Of a stretch of 64,000 bases of DNA, positions 9,560-20,066 are shown piece by piece. Below the pieces are notes generated by a model. That model saw only the letters and a program-made list of their open reading frames with translations. It was not told the origin of the DNA and made no database searches. This DNA is from Prevotella sp. Lineage in GTDB: Bacteria; Bacteroidota; Bacteroidia; Bacteroidales; Bacteroidaceae. The first letter of the stretch is position 1, and every line of letters begins with the position of its first letter. Both the position numbers and the translations under genes were made by a program. Location: contig JAFTFX010000006.1 in assembly GCA_017458225.1 (NCBI GenBank), positions 76,103-140,102 of the forward strand, given 5' to 3'.

Positions 9560-11419
9560 ATGGAATATCGACTGACCGATTTTCTGCCAACTACCAAGAA
9601 GGAAGTGGAGCTACGAGGATGGGATGAACTGGACATCATTCTGTTCTCGGGCGATGCTTATGTTGACCACCCGTCGTTTGGCGCTGCCGTCATAGGGCGC
9701 ACCCTCGAAGCCCAGGGCTACCGTGTAGCCATTGTGCCGCAACCCGACTGGCACGGTGACTTCCGTGACTTCAAAAAGCTGGGCCGTCCACGTCTTTTCT
9801 TTGGTATTTCTCCTGGTTGCATGGACTCTATGGTCAACAAGTACACAGCCGCACGCCGTCTGCGCTCTGAAGATGCCTATTCGCCCGACGGTCGCCACGA
9901 CATGCGTCCTGAATATCCCACCATCGTCTATAGTCAGATTCTCAAGAAACTCTATCCTGACGTGCCCGTCATTCTGGGCGGTATCGAGGCTTCTTTGCGC
10001 CGGCTCACCCACTACGATTACTGGCAAGACCGACTGCGTCCCTGCATTCTCTGCGACAGTGGTGCCGACCTCATCATCTACGGTATGGGCGAGAAGCCCA
10101 TCACAGAGCTGGCCCACCGTATAAGTGAAGGTGATCCGCTAACAGATATTCCTCAAACCGTTTATTTGGCATCTGACATTACCCCAACTTCCAATGACAT
10201 CGTTCTCCACAGTCATGAGGAGTGCCTGCGCAACAAGCGTGCCGAAGCCGAGAACTATCGCCACATAGAAGAGCAGTCGAACATGATGCACGCACAGCGC
10301 ATCCTGCAGCCGGTCATGGGAAAGACCGTTGTCGTGAACCCTCCATATCCTCCGCTCACCACAACCGAGCTTGATGCCTCTTACGACCTGCCCTACACGC
10401 GCCAGCCACACCCAAAATATAAAGGCAAGCGAATCCCAGCTTTCGATATGATCAAGCATTCCGTCAACATCCATCGCGGATGTTTCGGCGGTTGTGCCTT
10501 CTGCACCATCTCGGCCCATCAAGGCAAGTTCATCAGCTGTCGTTCTAAAGAGAGCATTCTCAAAGAGGTTAAGAAAGTTGCCCAAATGCCCGACTTTAAA
10601 GGCTATCTATCCGATCTGGGAGCTCCCTCAGCCAATATGTACGGCATGCATGGCCGCAACCTCAACGCCTGCGAAAAATGCCGTCGTCCCAGTTGCATCC
10701 ATCCGCAGGTTTGCCCCAATCTTAACACCAGCCACGCCAAACTGCTCGACATCTATCGTGCCGTCGACGCACTTCCTGAGGTGAAGAAGAGCTTCATTGG
10801 CTCTGGCGTGCGCTACGACCTGCTGCTGCACAGGGGTAAGGACGAAGCCGCCAACCGCTCTGCTGAAGAATATACGCGCGAGTTGATTTGCCATCACGTC
10901 AGTGGCCGTTTGAAAGTGGCCCCCGAGCATACCAGCGACCGTGTACTCTACCTCATGCGCAAGCCGTCCTTCAGCCAGTTTGGTCAGTTCAAGCGTATCT
11001 TCGACCGCATCAACCGTGAGGAGAACCTGCACCAGCAAATTATCCCATACTTCATATCGTCCCATCCCGGCTGCCGTGAGGAGGATATGGCTGAACTGGC
11101 CGTACTCACCAAGCAGATGGACTTTCAACTGGAGCAGGTGCAGGACTTCACACCCACGCCGATGACCATTGCCACCGAGATGTGGTACACGGGCTACGAC
11201 CCCTACACGCTCGAGCCTGTTTTTTCGGCCAAGACTCCACGCGAGAAGCAAGCTCAGCGCCAGTTCTTCTTCTGGTACAAGCCCGAAGAGCGCCGCGGCA
11301 TCGAGCAATCGTTGCGCCGCATCGGTCGTCCAGACCTCATACAGAAATTGTTTGGAAATGGTTTTGGCAAACCGCAATCACAAGCAAAAGGGTCGCATAG
11401 CAAACGCAATCGCAGATAA
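9560..11419 (+). CDS. ygiQ: YgiQ-family radical SAM protein
   Basis: GDAYVDHPSFG, RGCFGGCAFC (CxxxCxxC), LKVAPEH and QVQDFTPTP motifs. Confidence 0.93.
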   Translation: MEYRLTDFLPTTKKEVELRGWDELDIILFSGDAYVDHPSFGAAVIGRTLEAQGYRVAIVPQPDWHGDFRDFKKLGRPRLFFGISPGCMDSMVNKYTAARRLRSEDAYSPDGRHDMRPEYPTIVYSQILKKLYPDVPVILGGIEASLRRLTHYDYWQDRLRPCILCDSGADLIIYGMGEKPITELAHRISEGDPLTDIPQTVYLASDITPTSNDIVLHSHEECLRNKRAEAENYRHIEEQSNMMHAQRILQPVMGKTVVVNPPYPPLTTTELDASYDLPYTRQPHPKYKGKRIPAFDMIKHSVNIHRGCFGGCAFCTISAHQGKFISCRSKESILKEVKKVAQMPDFKGYLSDLGAPSANMYGMHGRNLNACEKCRRPSCIHPQVCPNLNTSHAKLLDIYRAVDALPEVKKSFIGSGVRYDLLLHRGKDEAANRSAEEYTRELICHHVSGRLKVAPEHTSDRVLYLMRKPSFSQFGQFKRIFDRINREENLHQQIIPYFISSHPGCREEDMAELAVLTKQMDFQLEQVQDFTPTPMTIATEMWYTGYDPYTLEPVFSAKTPREKQAQRQFFFWYKPEERRGIEQSLRRIGRPDLIQKLFGNGFGKPQSQAKGSHSKRNRR

Positions 11420-11456
11420 AAGGCACAAAAAATTTGGCCGTTCGCAAAAAAATGCC

Positions 11457-11464
11457 TACCTTTG
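11457..11464 (+). promoter_or_regulatory. -7 promoter element for tRNA-Arg
   Basis: TACCTTTG, with a TTTG -33 element at about 11434. Confidence 0.7.
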
Positions 11465-11486
11465 CACCCACATTAAAAAAGGGGAT

Positions 11487-11560
11487 GGTTCCGTAGCTCA
11501 GCTGGATAGAGCAACTGCCTTCTAAGCAGTAGGCCTTGGGTTCGAGTCCCAACGGAATCA
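11487..11560 (+). tRNA. tRNA-Arg (anticodon TCT)
   Basis: Acceptor stem GGTTCCG/CGGAATC, D-arm GCTCAGCTGGATAGAGC, anticodon arm ACTGC-CTTCTAA-GCAGT and T-loop GGTTCGAGTCC; CCA is not encoded. Confidence 0.97.
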
Positions 11561-11562
11561 CG

Positions 11563-11594
11563 AAAAAGGGAGCATTTTTAATTGCTCCCTTTTT
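11563..11594. terminator. Bidirectional intrinsic terminator
   Basis: AAAAAGGGAGCA...TGCTCCCTTTTT between the convergent tRNA and S41 peptidase genes. Confidence 0.85.
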
Positions 11595-11604
11595 CGTTTT
11601 CCGT

Positions 11605-13200
11605 TTACTTTTCGTTAAACAACTGGAGGGTGCGCAGGATTGCAGGATCATCGGCATTAAGGTATTCTATCCATGACTGCTCGTCGAGCATATTGTAAAT
11701 GATACGGCTCACCAGGAAATGCTCCAACAACTTGTAAGAGCGCTGAATGAGCAGATTGCGACGCTTCAGCCCTTGACGGTCGGCATAGGTAACAAAACGC
11801 TCTACGATGTTCTGACGTTTCAAGTATTTCTCCAGCGAATGGATATCGGTATATTTCGACAGCTCTTCACGATGGTCGTCGGTATAGTCGTAGCAGAACT
11901 GCAAAATCAGGCCTGACATGGTGGCTTCTTTATAATAAGAAGTATAAGAAGCAGTATCTTCACCCACGAAGATGTCGGGCGTGATGCCACCACCGCCATA
12001 GACCACACGACCGCCCACGGTATGGTATTCAGGACCAGTGTGCTTGATGCTGTCCTGCGAGAAGAACTCCCCATGCTGGTAGCGCATCATCAGGTCTTCC
12101 TCGTAATCTTTGTCCTGCCCACTGGTATAGGGTTTCTGGATGCAGCGACCTGAAGGAGAATAATAGCGGGCTATGGTGAGTCGCATCATCGAGCCATCGT
12201 TGAACTCAATGGGCTGCTGAACCAGACCTTTTCCGAACGAACGACGGCCAATGATGGTTCCACGGTCGTTATCCTGAATGGCACCAGCAAGAATCTCACT
12301 GGCCGAAGCCGATCCTTCATCAATAAGAATGACCAATGGAATATCCAGATAGCTACCACGCCCATCAGAGCGGTATTCCTGACGCTGCGAACGACGGCCC
12401 TCGGTATAGACTATCAGACGGTTCTTGGGCAAAAACTCGTTAGCTATCTGCACGGCTGAGCCCAAATAGCCGCCCGTATTGCCACGCAAGTCGATCACCA
12501 AATTAGAGAAGTCGCTCTGCGACAACTGAGCCAACGCAATGAGCAGTTCAGGATAAGTATTCTCACCGAAGTTCTTGATTCGGATATATCCCGTCGTCTC
12601 GTCAAGCATATATACCGCATTGACGCTCTTCATTGGAATCTCGCCGCGTGTCACGGTGACGTAGTAAAGTTCTTTCTGTCCACGTCGCACAATACCCAGT
12701 TTCACCTTCGTGTCCTTAGGACCTTTCAGGCGGTGCATAGCTTCTTCGTTGGTCACTTCCTTGCCAACAAAGGCGGAATCGTCAATTTCTACGATCTTAT
12801 CGCCTGCCAGCACCCCGGCACGCTCCGACGGTCCGTTCTTAATGACGTTCTGCACACGCAGCGTGTCTTTCCTGATAACGAACTCGATGCCCACACCTGA
12901 GAAAGAACCACGCAAGTCATCTTCAGCCATCTGCTTATCCTTGGCAGAGATATAGACCGAGTGAGGATCTAATTCAGAAAGCAACTGTGGCATTGCCTTT
13001 TCCACCAGATCGGCAACATTGACCGAATCGACATATTGATCGTCGACAATATGCAGCAGGTTGTTCAGTTTGTTTGTACCCGAATTGATGATGTTCAGCC
13101 GCTGGCCTCCGAAATGGTTGGCATAGAACGTGCCGATGAAGATGCCCACGACAGCACTAAGTGCCAGCCACAAGGGCGAAAAATGATTATGCTTGTTCAT
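11605..13200 (-). CDS. S41-family C-terminal processing peptidase
   Basis: LDPHSVY, PDZ GVGI, IDLRGNTGG, SASASEI and FGKGLVQ motifs. Confidence 0.93.
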   Translation of the reverse strand: MNKHNHFSPLWLALSAVVGIFIGTFYANHFGGQRLNIINSGTNKLNNLLHIVDDQYVDSVNVADLVEKAMPQLLSELDPHSVYISAKDKQMAEDDLRGSFSGVGIEFVIRKDTLRVQNVIKNGPSERAGVLAGDKIVEIDDSAFVGKEVTNEEAMHRLKGPKDTKVKLGIVRRGQKELYYVTVTRGEIPMKSVNAVYMLDETTGYIRIKNFGENTYPELLIALAQLSQSDFSNLVIDLRGNTGGYLGSAVQIANEFLPKNRLIVYTEGRRSQRQEYRSDGRGSYLDIPLVILIDEGSASASEILAGAIQDNDRGTIIGRRSFGKGLVQQPIEFNDGSMMRLTIARYYSPSGRCIQKPYTSGQDKDYEEDLMMRYQHGEFFSQDSIKHTGPEYHTVGGRVVYGGGGITPDIFVGEDTASYTSYYKEATMSGLILQFCYDYTDDHREELSKYTDIHSLEKYLKRQNIVERFVTYADRQGLKRRNLLIQRSYKLLEHFLVSRIIYNMLDEQSWIEYLNADDPAILRTLQLFNEK

Positions 13201-13648
13201 GCGTCTCCTCCTTTCCGTAAGTAGCTAGTTCCTTATAGACCACTTCTATACCGGCTCTCTCCAACAGGTCAATGCCGTCGGTCAGTCGATATTTCTCCCC
13301 ATAGACCACACGCTTAATGCCTGCCTGAATAATCAACTTGGCACACTCTATGCAGGGCGATGCCGTGATATATATGGTTGCCCCGTCACTATTATTGCCC
13401 GAACGGGCCAGTTTTGTGATGGCATTAGCCTCGGCATGCAGCACGTAGGGCTTCGTCACGCCGCTCTCGTCTTCACACACGTTCTCAAAGCCACTCGGGG
13501 TGCCATTGTAACCATCGCTGATGATCATTTTGTCCTTCACCACCAAAGCCCCTACCTGCCGACGCTGGCAGTAGGAGTTTTCTGCCCAGATGCGGGCCAT
13601 GCGCAGATAGCGCCAGTCCAACTTACTTTGTTTTTCGTTTAATTCCAT
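13187..13648 (-). CDS. dCMP deaminase family protein
   Basis: GYNGTP, HAEANAI and SPCIEC zinc-binding motifs. Confidence 0.92.
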   Translation of the reverse strand: MELNEKQSKLDWRYLRMARIWAENSYCQRRQVGALVVKDKMIISDGYNGTPSGFENVCEDESGVTKPYVLHAEANAITKLARSGNNSDGATIYITASPCIECAKLIIQAGIKRVVYGEKYRLTDGIDLLERAGIEVVYKELATYGKEETHEQA

Positions 13649-15704
13649 TTCGCTTCAGAAGTGCATCAATTGTGGGTTCACCCCCACGGAAACGTTTATA
13701 TAGTGTCATCGGGTGCTCAGTTCCTCCTTTCGAAAGAATGTTCTCACGGAAACTCTGAGCCGTCTTCTGGTCGAAGATGCCGTTTCGCTTAAAGACACTG
13801 AAGGCATCGGCATCGAGCACCTCAGCCCATTTGTAGCTGTAGTAGCCTGCCGCATAGCCGCCTGCCATGATGTGCGAGAACTGCACAGTCATACAGGTGT
13901 CAGTCAGTTGCTTGCCCAAAATGGCTTTCTTCCAAGCATTCTTCTCAAAGGGAATGATGTCCTGACTGAATTCGTGCCGCTGGGTGTAATAAGCCATGTC
14001 GAGCAGACCGAAGCTGACCTGACGCAGACAGGCGGTAGCCACCATGAAGTTGCGGCTCTTCACAATGCGGTCAATCAGCTCGTCAGGCAGAGGTTCGCCT
14101 GTCTGATAATGGAAAGCGAACGTACGCAGAAACTCTTTCTCAATGGAGAAATTCTCCATGAACTGCGAAGGCAGTTCCACGAAGTCCCACCACACATTCG
14201 TGCCGCTCAAGCTCTCGAAACGTGTGTTGGCGAACATGCCGTGCAGCGAGTGGCCGAACTCATGCAGGAAGGTCTCCACCTCGCCCAGTGTCAGCAGAGC
14301 AGGCTTTTCCTCTGTCGGCTTCGTCAGGTTCATCACCACCGACACATGGGGTCGCTCGTTGATGCCTTTCAGATTGATGCACTGTCCCTGATACTCAGTC
14401 ATCCAAGCCCCACCCTGCTTTCCTTTGCGCGGATGGAAGTCGGCATAGAACACGGCTAAATAGGATCCGTCTTTATCGAACACCTCGTAAGCCTTCACGT
14501 CAGGATGATAGACAGGAATGTCCTTGTTCTCACGGAACGTTATACCATACAGGCGATTGGCCAAGCCAAACACGCCGCTGATGACTTTCGACAGTTCGAA
14601 GTACGGGCGCAGCATTTCGGCATCCAAGTTGAACTTTTTCAGTTGCAGTTTGTGTGAATAGAACGCTGCGTCCCAAGGTTTCACCTTGAAGTCTTTGCCC
14701 TCCATTCTGACTGCCAGTTTCTTTAGCTCCTCGCGCTCGCGTTCAGCTGTAGGCTTATAGGCATCAATCAGGTCGTTTAGCAGCTTGTAGACGCTCCGTG
14801 TGTTGGAGGCCATGCGGCGCACCAGCACATAGTCGGCATACGTCTTATAACCCAGCAGCTGAGCTATCTCGCGACGCAGGTTCACCAGTCTCTTGCAGAT
14901 TTCAAGGTTGTTGGCATCATTCGAATGAGTGCACAGTGTGTTGCGTGCCATATACATCTGCTCGCGCAGGTCACGCTGCGTGCTGTAAGTCATAAAGGGC
15001 GAATAGGAGGGATAGTCGAGCGTGAACACCCAGCCCTCCTTCTGCTGTTCCTTGGCCGTCTGGGCTGCAGCTTCGACAGCTGTATCGGGCAGACCATCGA
15101 GCTGAGCACGGTCAGTGATATGGAGCGTGAAGGCCTTTGTCTCCTTCAGCAGATTCTGCGAAAACTGGAGTGACAGTACTGATGCTTCCTCAGTCAGCTT
15201 GCGTAGCCGCTCTTTGCCTTCCTTATCGAGCAGGGCTCCGCTACGCACAAATCCCTGATAAGTATTCTCCAACAGCATTTTCTCCTCAGCTGTCAGTTTG
15301 CGGTGATGGCGATGCACATACTGGACGCGCTTGAACAATTGCTCGTTCAGTCTGACATCGTTGGCATGCTGCGTCAGGATGGGCTGAATTTTCTGGGCCA
15401 ACGCATCCATCTCGTCATTGGTCTCGGCCGACAGCAGATTGAAGAACACCGTCGAGACACGTTCCAACAGGTCGTAGTACCCCTCTGTATCGTCTTCCTT
15501 GTCGATAATGGTGTTGTCGAAAGTGGGCTTCTGGGGATTATTGATGGTCTTCTCTACCTGCTCGTTGTCACGGCGAATACCCTCCATGAATGCCTCCTCG
15601 AAATGCTCCAGCTTGATACGGTCGAAAGGTACCGTGTCGTGAGGCGTATCGTAGGGCAGAAAAAAGGGGTTCTGCTGCTCAGTATTCTGTGCTTGTTGGC
15701 TCAT
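13623..15704 (-). CDS. dcp: M3 peptidyl-dipeptidase Dcp / oligopeptidase A
   Basis: NPF..P..TP start; HEFGHSLH, DFVELPSQ and YAAGYYSYKWAEVL motifs. Confidence 0.9.
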   Translation of the reverse strand: MSQQAQNTEQQNPFFLPYDTPHDTVPFDRIKLEHFEEAFMEGIRRDNEQVEKTINNPQKPTFDNTIIDKEDDTEGYYDLLERVSTVFFNLLSAETNDEMDALAQKIQPILTQHANDVRLNEQLFKRVQYVHRHHRKLTAEEKMLLENTYQGFVRSGALLDKEGKERLRKLTEEASVLSLQFSQNLLKETKAFTLHITDRAQLDGLPDTAVEAAAQTAKEQQKEGWVFTLDYPSYSPFMTYSTQRDLREQMYMARNTLCTHSNDANNLEICKRLVNLRREIAQLLGYKTYADYVLVRRMASNTRSVYKLLNDLIDAYKPTAEREREELKKLAVRMEGKDFKVKPWDAAFYSHKLQLKKFNLDAEMLRPYFELSKVISGVFGLANRLYGITFRENKDIPVYHPDVKAYEVFDKDGSYLAVFYADFHPRKGKQGGAWMTEYQGQCINLKGINERPHVSVVMNLTKPTEEKPALLTLGEVETFLHEFGHSLHGMFANTRFESLSGTNVWWDFVELPSQFMENFSIEKEFLRTFAFHYQTGEPLPDELIDRIVKSRNFMVATACLRQVSFGLLDMAYYTQRHEFSQDIIPFEKNAWKKAILGKQLTDTCMTVQFSHIMAGGYAAGYYSYKWAEVLDADAFSVFKRNGIFDQKTAQSFRENILSKGGTEHPMTLYKRFRGGEPTIDALLKRNGIKRKTK

Positions 15705-15745
15705 TGCTTTTCTCCTCTTATATTATTTGGGATGCAAAAGTACGA

Positions 15746-15803
15746 AATTTTTGCAAAAATTCATTCAATTTATGCGTAAATTGGTTCAATTTATGCAAAA
15801 ATT
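15746..15803. promoter_or_regulatory. Three 16-bp palindromes at 21-bp period between divergent promoters
   Basis: AATTTTTGCAAAAATT (15746), AATTTATGCGTAAATT (15767) and AATTTATGCAAAAATT (15788); flanked by -7 boxes at 15735-15742 (-) and 15817-15824 (+). Confidence 0.6.
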
Positions 15804-15857
15804 CAAAGTTATTTGTTACCTTTGCACTCAATTATTACGTAATAACATTCAAAAACA

Positions 15858-17060
15858 ATGCCCGAAATATCAGTTCGCGGACTGGAAATGCCCGAGAGCC
15901 CTATCAGGAAACTGGCTCCGTTGGCAGCTGCCGCAAAAAAACGTGGAACCAAGGTCTACCATCTGAATATTGGTCAGCCGGACCTGCCCACTCCCGAGAT
16001 TGCCTTAGATGCTCTCAAGCACATCGACCGCACCATCCTTGAGTACTCGCCCTCACAAGGCTACCAGAGCTATCGTGAGAAACTAGTAGGCTACTATGCG
16101 AAGTATAACATCAACGTCACGGCTGACGACATTATCATCACCTCGGGTGGTTCCGAGGCTGTATTGTTCGCTTTCTTGTCGTGTCTGAACCCTGGCGACG
16201 AGATCATTGTGCCCGAGCCTGCATACGCTAACTATATGGCCTTTGCCATCTCGGCAGGTGCAAAGATCCGCACCATCGCCACCACGATAGACGAAGGCTT
16301 CTCACTGCCGAAAGTGGAGAAGTTCGAAGAGCTCATCAACGAGCGCACTCGTGCCATCATGATCTGCAACCCGAACAACCCCACGGGCTACCTGTACACA
16401 CGGCGCGAGATGAACCAGATTCGCGATTTGGTGAAGAAATACGACCTCTATCTGTTCTCCGACGAAGTCTATCGCGAATATATCTATACTGGTTCGCCTT
16501 ATATCTCTGCCTGTCATCTGGAAGGCATCGAACAGAACGTCATTCTCATCGACTCCGTCTCGAAGCGCTATTCTGAGTGCGGCATCCGCATCGGAGCACT
16601 CATCACGAAGAATAAAGAGGTGCGTGCAGCCGTGATGAAGTTCTGTCAGGCACGCCTATCGCCGCCCCTCATCGGTCAGATTGTAGCCGAGGCCTCGCTC
16701 GATGCACCTGAAGAGTATTATCGCGATGTATACGACGAATACGTAGAGCGACGCAAGTGTCTCATTGACGGTCTAAACCGCATTCCCGGTGTTTATTCCC
16801 CCATCCCTATGGGAGCTTTCTACACGGTGGCCAAACTGCCTGTCGACGATGCTGAGAAGTTCTGCCGCTGGTGCTTGTCTGAGTTCGAATACGAAGGTGC
16901 AACGGTCATGATGGCTCCTGCCGCAGGATTCTACACCACGCCAGGGGCTGGTCGCGATCAGGTACGTATCGCTTACGTGCTGAAGAAAGAAGACCTCACC
17001 CACGCCCTCGTCGTGCTCCGCAAGGCACTGGAGGCCTACCCCGGTCGCATCACAGAATAA
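15858..17060 (+). CDS. Class I/II PLP-dependent aminotransferase (aspartate aminotransferase-like)
   Basis: LNIGQPD, NPNNPTG, SDEVY and SVSKRYSECGIRIG motifs. Confidence 0.92.
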   Translation: MPEISVRGLEMPESPIRKLAPLAAAAKKRGTKVYHLNIGQPDLPTPEIALDALKHIDRTILEYSPSQGYQSYREKLVGYYAKYNINVTADDIIITSGGSEAVLFAFLSCLNPGDEIIVPEPAYANYMAFAISAGAKIRTIATTIDEGFSLPKVEKFEELINERTRAIMICNPNNPTGYLYTRREMNQIRDLVKKYDLYLFSDEVYREYIYTGSPYISACHLEGIEQNVILIDSVSKRYSECGIRIGALITKNKEVRAAVMKFCQARLSPPLIGQIVAEASLDAPEEYYRDVYDEYVERRKCLIDGLNRIPGVYSPIPMGAFYTVAKLPVDDAEKFCRWCLSEFEYEGATVMMAPAAGFYTTPGAGRDQVRIAYVLKKEDLTHALVVLRKALEAYPGRITE

Positions 17061-17070
17061 CCAAAAGCCC

Positions 17071-18318
17071 ATGAACCTACCCCTGTTTCTATCACAACGC
17101 ATCTACGGAGGCGAAAGGGACGACAAGCGAGTGAGCCGTCCTGCCATCCGCATTGCCACCATCGGCGTAGCCATCGGTCTGGCCGTGATGATTGTAACCG
17201 TCAGTGTGGTGTTAGGGTTCAAGCATACCATCCGCGACAAGGTGTCAGGCTTCGGCAGCCATATTCAGGTGCAGAATCTCATGACGTTTTCCACCGGTGC
17301 CCCCACTCCCGTGTGCATCAACGACAGCATGCTGCAGGTGCTGAACAGCATTGAAGGCGTTCGCCACGCAGAGCGATACGCACTGACACAGGGCATTCTG
17401 AAGACCGACAACGACTTTCTGGGCATCATGCTGAAAGGCATAGGTCCCGAATATGACCTGACATTCATGCAGGAGAATCTAGTTGAGGGCGAGCTGCCGC
17501 AGTTCTGCGACACAGCGACCACCTATCCCTTGGTCATCTCGAAGACTATTTCTGACAAGCTGCATCTGAAGATTGGAGAACGCATCTTTGCCTATTTCAT
17601 CAGCGAAGAAGGAGCCAAAGCCCGTCGTTTCACCGTCTGTGCTATCTATCAGACAAATATGAAGCGGTTCGACGATTCTTTCTGTCTGACAGACATCTAC
17701 GCAACAAACAAGCTCAACGGATGGTTCACTGATCAGTGCACCGGAGCCGAGTTGCTGGTGAACAGTTTTGACAATCTGGAAGCAACCCACCACAACGTAG
17801 TCAAACAGGTGAACAGGACCCACGACCGCTATAATAACATTATCTCATCGTGCACCATTCTGGATACCTATCCGCAGATATTCTCCTGGCTCGAACTGCT
17901 CGACATCAACGTGTGGATCATTCTCGGCCTGATGATTGTGCTGGCAGGTTTTACTATGACCAGCGGACTGCTCATCATTATTCTGGAGCGTACGCAAATG
18001 ATTGGCATACTCAAAGCACTCGGAGCCCGCAATGTCACCATCCGCAAGACATTCCTCTGGTTTGCCGTCTTCATCATCGGACGAGGCTTGCTTTGGGGCA
18101 ATTTAGTGGGCATCGGCATTGTCGTTCTGCAGATGACGACAGGTATCGTTACGCTCGACCCACAGAACTACTACGTAAGCGAGGCACCCATGGAACTGAA
18201 CATTCCACTCGTTCTGCTCATCAACATGGCAACGCTGCTCATCAGCGTCTTCGTACTGATAGCCCCCAGCTATCTGGTATCGAAAATCCATCCTGCTCGC
18301 TCCATGAGATACGAATAA
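17071..18318 (+). CDS. LolC/E-type ABC transporter permease
   Basis: N-terminal TM, periplasmic domain, three C-terminal TMs, ERTQMIGILKALGA and P...RYE ending. Confidence 0.85.
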   Translation: MNLPLFLSQRIYGGERDDKRVSRPAIRIATIGVAIGLAVMIVTVSVVLGFKHTIRDKVSGFGSHIQVQNLMTFSTGAPTPVCINDSMLQVLNSIEGVRHAERYALTQGILKTDNDFLGIMLKGIGPEYDLTFMQENLVEGELPQFCDTATTYPLVISKTISDKLHLKIGERIFAYFISEEGAKARRFTVCAIYQTNMKRFDDSFCLTDIYATNKLNGWFTDQCTGAELLVNSFDNLEATHHNVVKQVNRTHDRYNNIISSCTILDTYPQIFSWLELLDINVWIILGLMIVLAGFTMTSGLLIIILERTQMIGILKALGARNVTIRKTFLWFAVFIIGRGLLWGNLVGIGIVVLQMTTGIVTLDPQNYYVSEAPMELNIPLVLLINMATLLISVFVLIAPSYLVSKIHPARSMRYE

Positions 18319-18338
18319 TTAAAAAACCGATATAAATA

Positions 18339-20066
18339 ATGCATTTCAAATGGAATTACGAACAACCTACACCCGAGCGACAGCAAGCAGCTAAGGAACT
18401 GGCCGATAAAGTCGGCATGAGTCCTGTCATCGGACAACTGCTCTTCAGGCGAGGCATCAAGACCGAGTCGGCAGCCAAACGGTTCTTCCGTCCGATGCTC
18501 AACGAACTCATCGACCCGTTCCTGATGAACGACATGGACATTGCCGTCGACCGACTGAACGATGCCATGGGGCGCAAGGAGCGCATCATGGTCTACGGCG
18601 ACTACGATGTCGACGGATGTACAGCTGTAGCGTTGGTCTACAAGTTCTTGCAACAGTTCTATTCCAACATGGAATACTACATTCCAGACCGCTATGAGGA
18701 AGGGTATGGCATCAGCAAGAAAGCGCTCGACTACGCTGCCCAGCAAGGTGTAAAACTGATTATTGTTCTCGATTGCGGCATCAAGGCTATCGACGAGATT
18801 GCTTATGCCAAAAGCCTCGGCATCGACTTCATCATCTGCGACCACCACGTGCCCGACGATGTATTGCCCTGTGCCGTAGCCATTCTGAACCCCAAGCGTG
18901 TCGACTCCACCTATCCTTTCAAGGATTTGTGCGGCTGCGGCGTAGGCTTCAAGTTCATGCAAGCCTTTGCCAAGAACAACGGCATTCCTTTCTCGCAGCT
19001 CATTCCCCTACTCGACTTCTGTGCCGTCAGCATAGCAGCCGACATTGTTCCAGTGATGGGCGAGAACAGAATCCTGGCCTATCACGGCTTGAAGCAGCTG
19101 AACCAAAATCCCAGCGTCGGTCTGAAGTCAATCATTGAGATCTGCGGACTCACTGGCCGTGAGCTCACCATGAGCGACATCATTTTCAAGATCGGGCCTC
19201 GCATCAATGCCTCAGGTCGTGTACAAAACGGCACTGAGACCGTCGACCTGCTCGTAGAGAAAGATTTCCAGAAAGCCCTGACCGAGGCTATTCATATCAA
19301 TGAATACAACGAGCAGCGCAAGGACATAGACAAGCAGATGACCGAAGAGGCCAACCAGATTGTAGAGCGACTGGAAAGTCAGGAACACCAACCTGCCATC
19401 GTGCTTTACGGAGAGGGGTGGAAGAAAGGTGTGGTGGGCATCGTTGCATCTCGCCTCACCGAGATGTACTTCCGCCCGACGGTGGTACTTTCCTGTCAAG
19501 ACGGCATAGCCAGCGGATCGGCCCGCAGCGTTGCCGGCTATGACATCTATGATGCCATTAAGAGTTGTCGCGACCTGTTGGAGAATTTCGGCGGACATAC
19601 TTATGCCGTCGGCCTGTCACTCCGTGTGGAGAATATTCCAGAGTTCCGCCGCCGTTTCCAAGACTACGTCAGCAGCCATATCCTGCCCGAACAGACGGAA
19701 GCTCTGGTAGAAATAGAGTCCGTGCTCGACTTCAAGGACATCAATAAGAAACTACTCAACGAACTGAAGCGGCTGGCTCCTCACGGTCCCGACAATCCCA
19801 AGCCCCTATTCTGCACGCGCAACGTCTATGACTACGGCACCTCGAAAGTGGTGGGCAAGCAGCAGGAACATATCAAACTGGAACTTGTCGACTCCAATTC
19901 GAGCAACGTGATGAACGGCATTGCTTTCGGACAGAGTGCCGCCGCCCACTACATCAAATCGAAGTGTTCATTCAATATCGTCTACACCATTGAAGAGAAC
20001 ATTTACAAGCGAGGCGAGGTTCAGTTGCAGATAGAAGACATCAAACCAAGCAACAGTGAACAGTGA
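18339..20066 (+). CDS. recJ: ssDNA-specific exonuclease RecJ
   Basis: YGDYDVDG, LDCG, DHH, GPRINASGR, GSARS and GGH motifs. Confidence 0.96.
   Translation: MHFKWNYEQPTPERQQAAKELADKVGMSPVIGQLLFRRGIKTESAAKRFFRPMLNELIDPFLMNDMDIAVDRLNDAMGRKERIMVYGDYDVDGCTAVALVYKFLQQFYSNMEYYIPDRYEEGYGISKKALDYAAQQGVKLIIVLDCGIKAIDEIAYAKSLGIDFIICDHHVPDDVLPCAVAILNPKRVDSTYPFKDLCGCGVGFKFMQAFAKNNGIPFSQLIPLLDFCAVSIAADIVPVMGENRILAYHGLKQLNQNPSVGLKSIIEICGLTGRELTMSDIIFKIGPRINASGRVQNGTETVDLLVEKDFQKALTEAIHINEYNEQRKDIDKQMTEEANQIVERLESQEHQPAIVLYGEGWKKGVVGIVASRLTEMYFRPTVVLSCQDGIASGSARSVAGYDIYDAIKSCRDLLENFGGHTYAVGLSLRVENIPEFRRRFQDYVSSHILPEQTEALVEIESVLDFKDINKKLLNELKRLAPHGPDNPKPLFCTRNVYDYGTSKVVGKQQEHIKLELVDSNSSNVMNGIAFGQSAAAHYIKSKCSFNIVYTIEENIYKRGEVQLQIEDIKPSNSEQ

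Noticed and set aside
11487-11600. tRNA-Arg as an integration site
   Set aside because: A terminator and a housekeeping gene follow directly; I saw no integrase and no duplicated tRNA 3' end.
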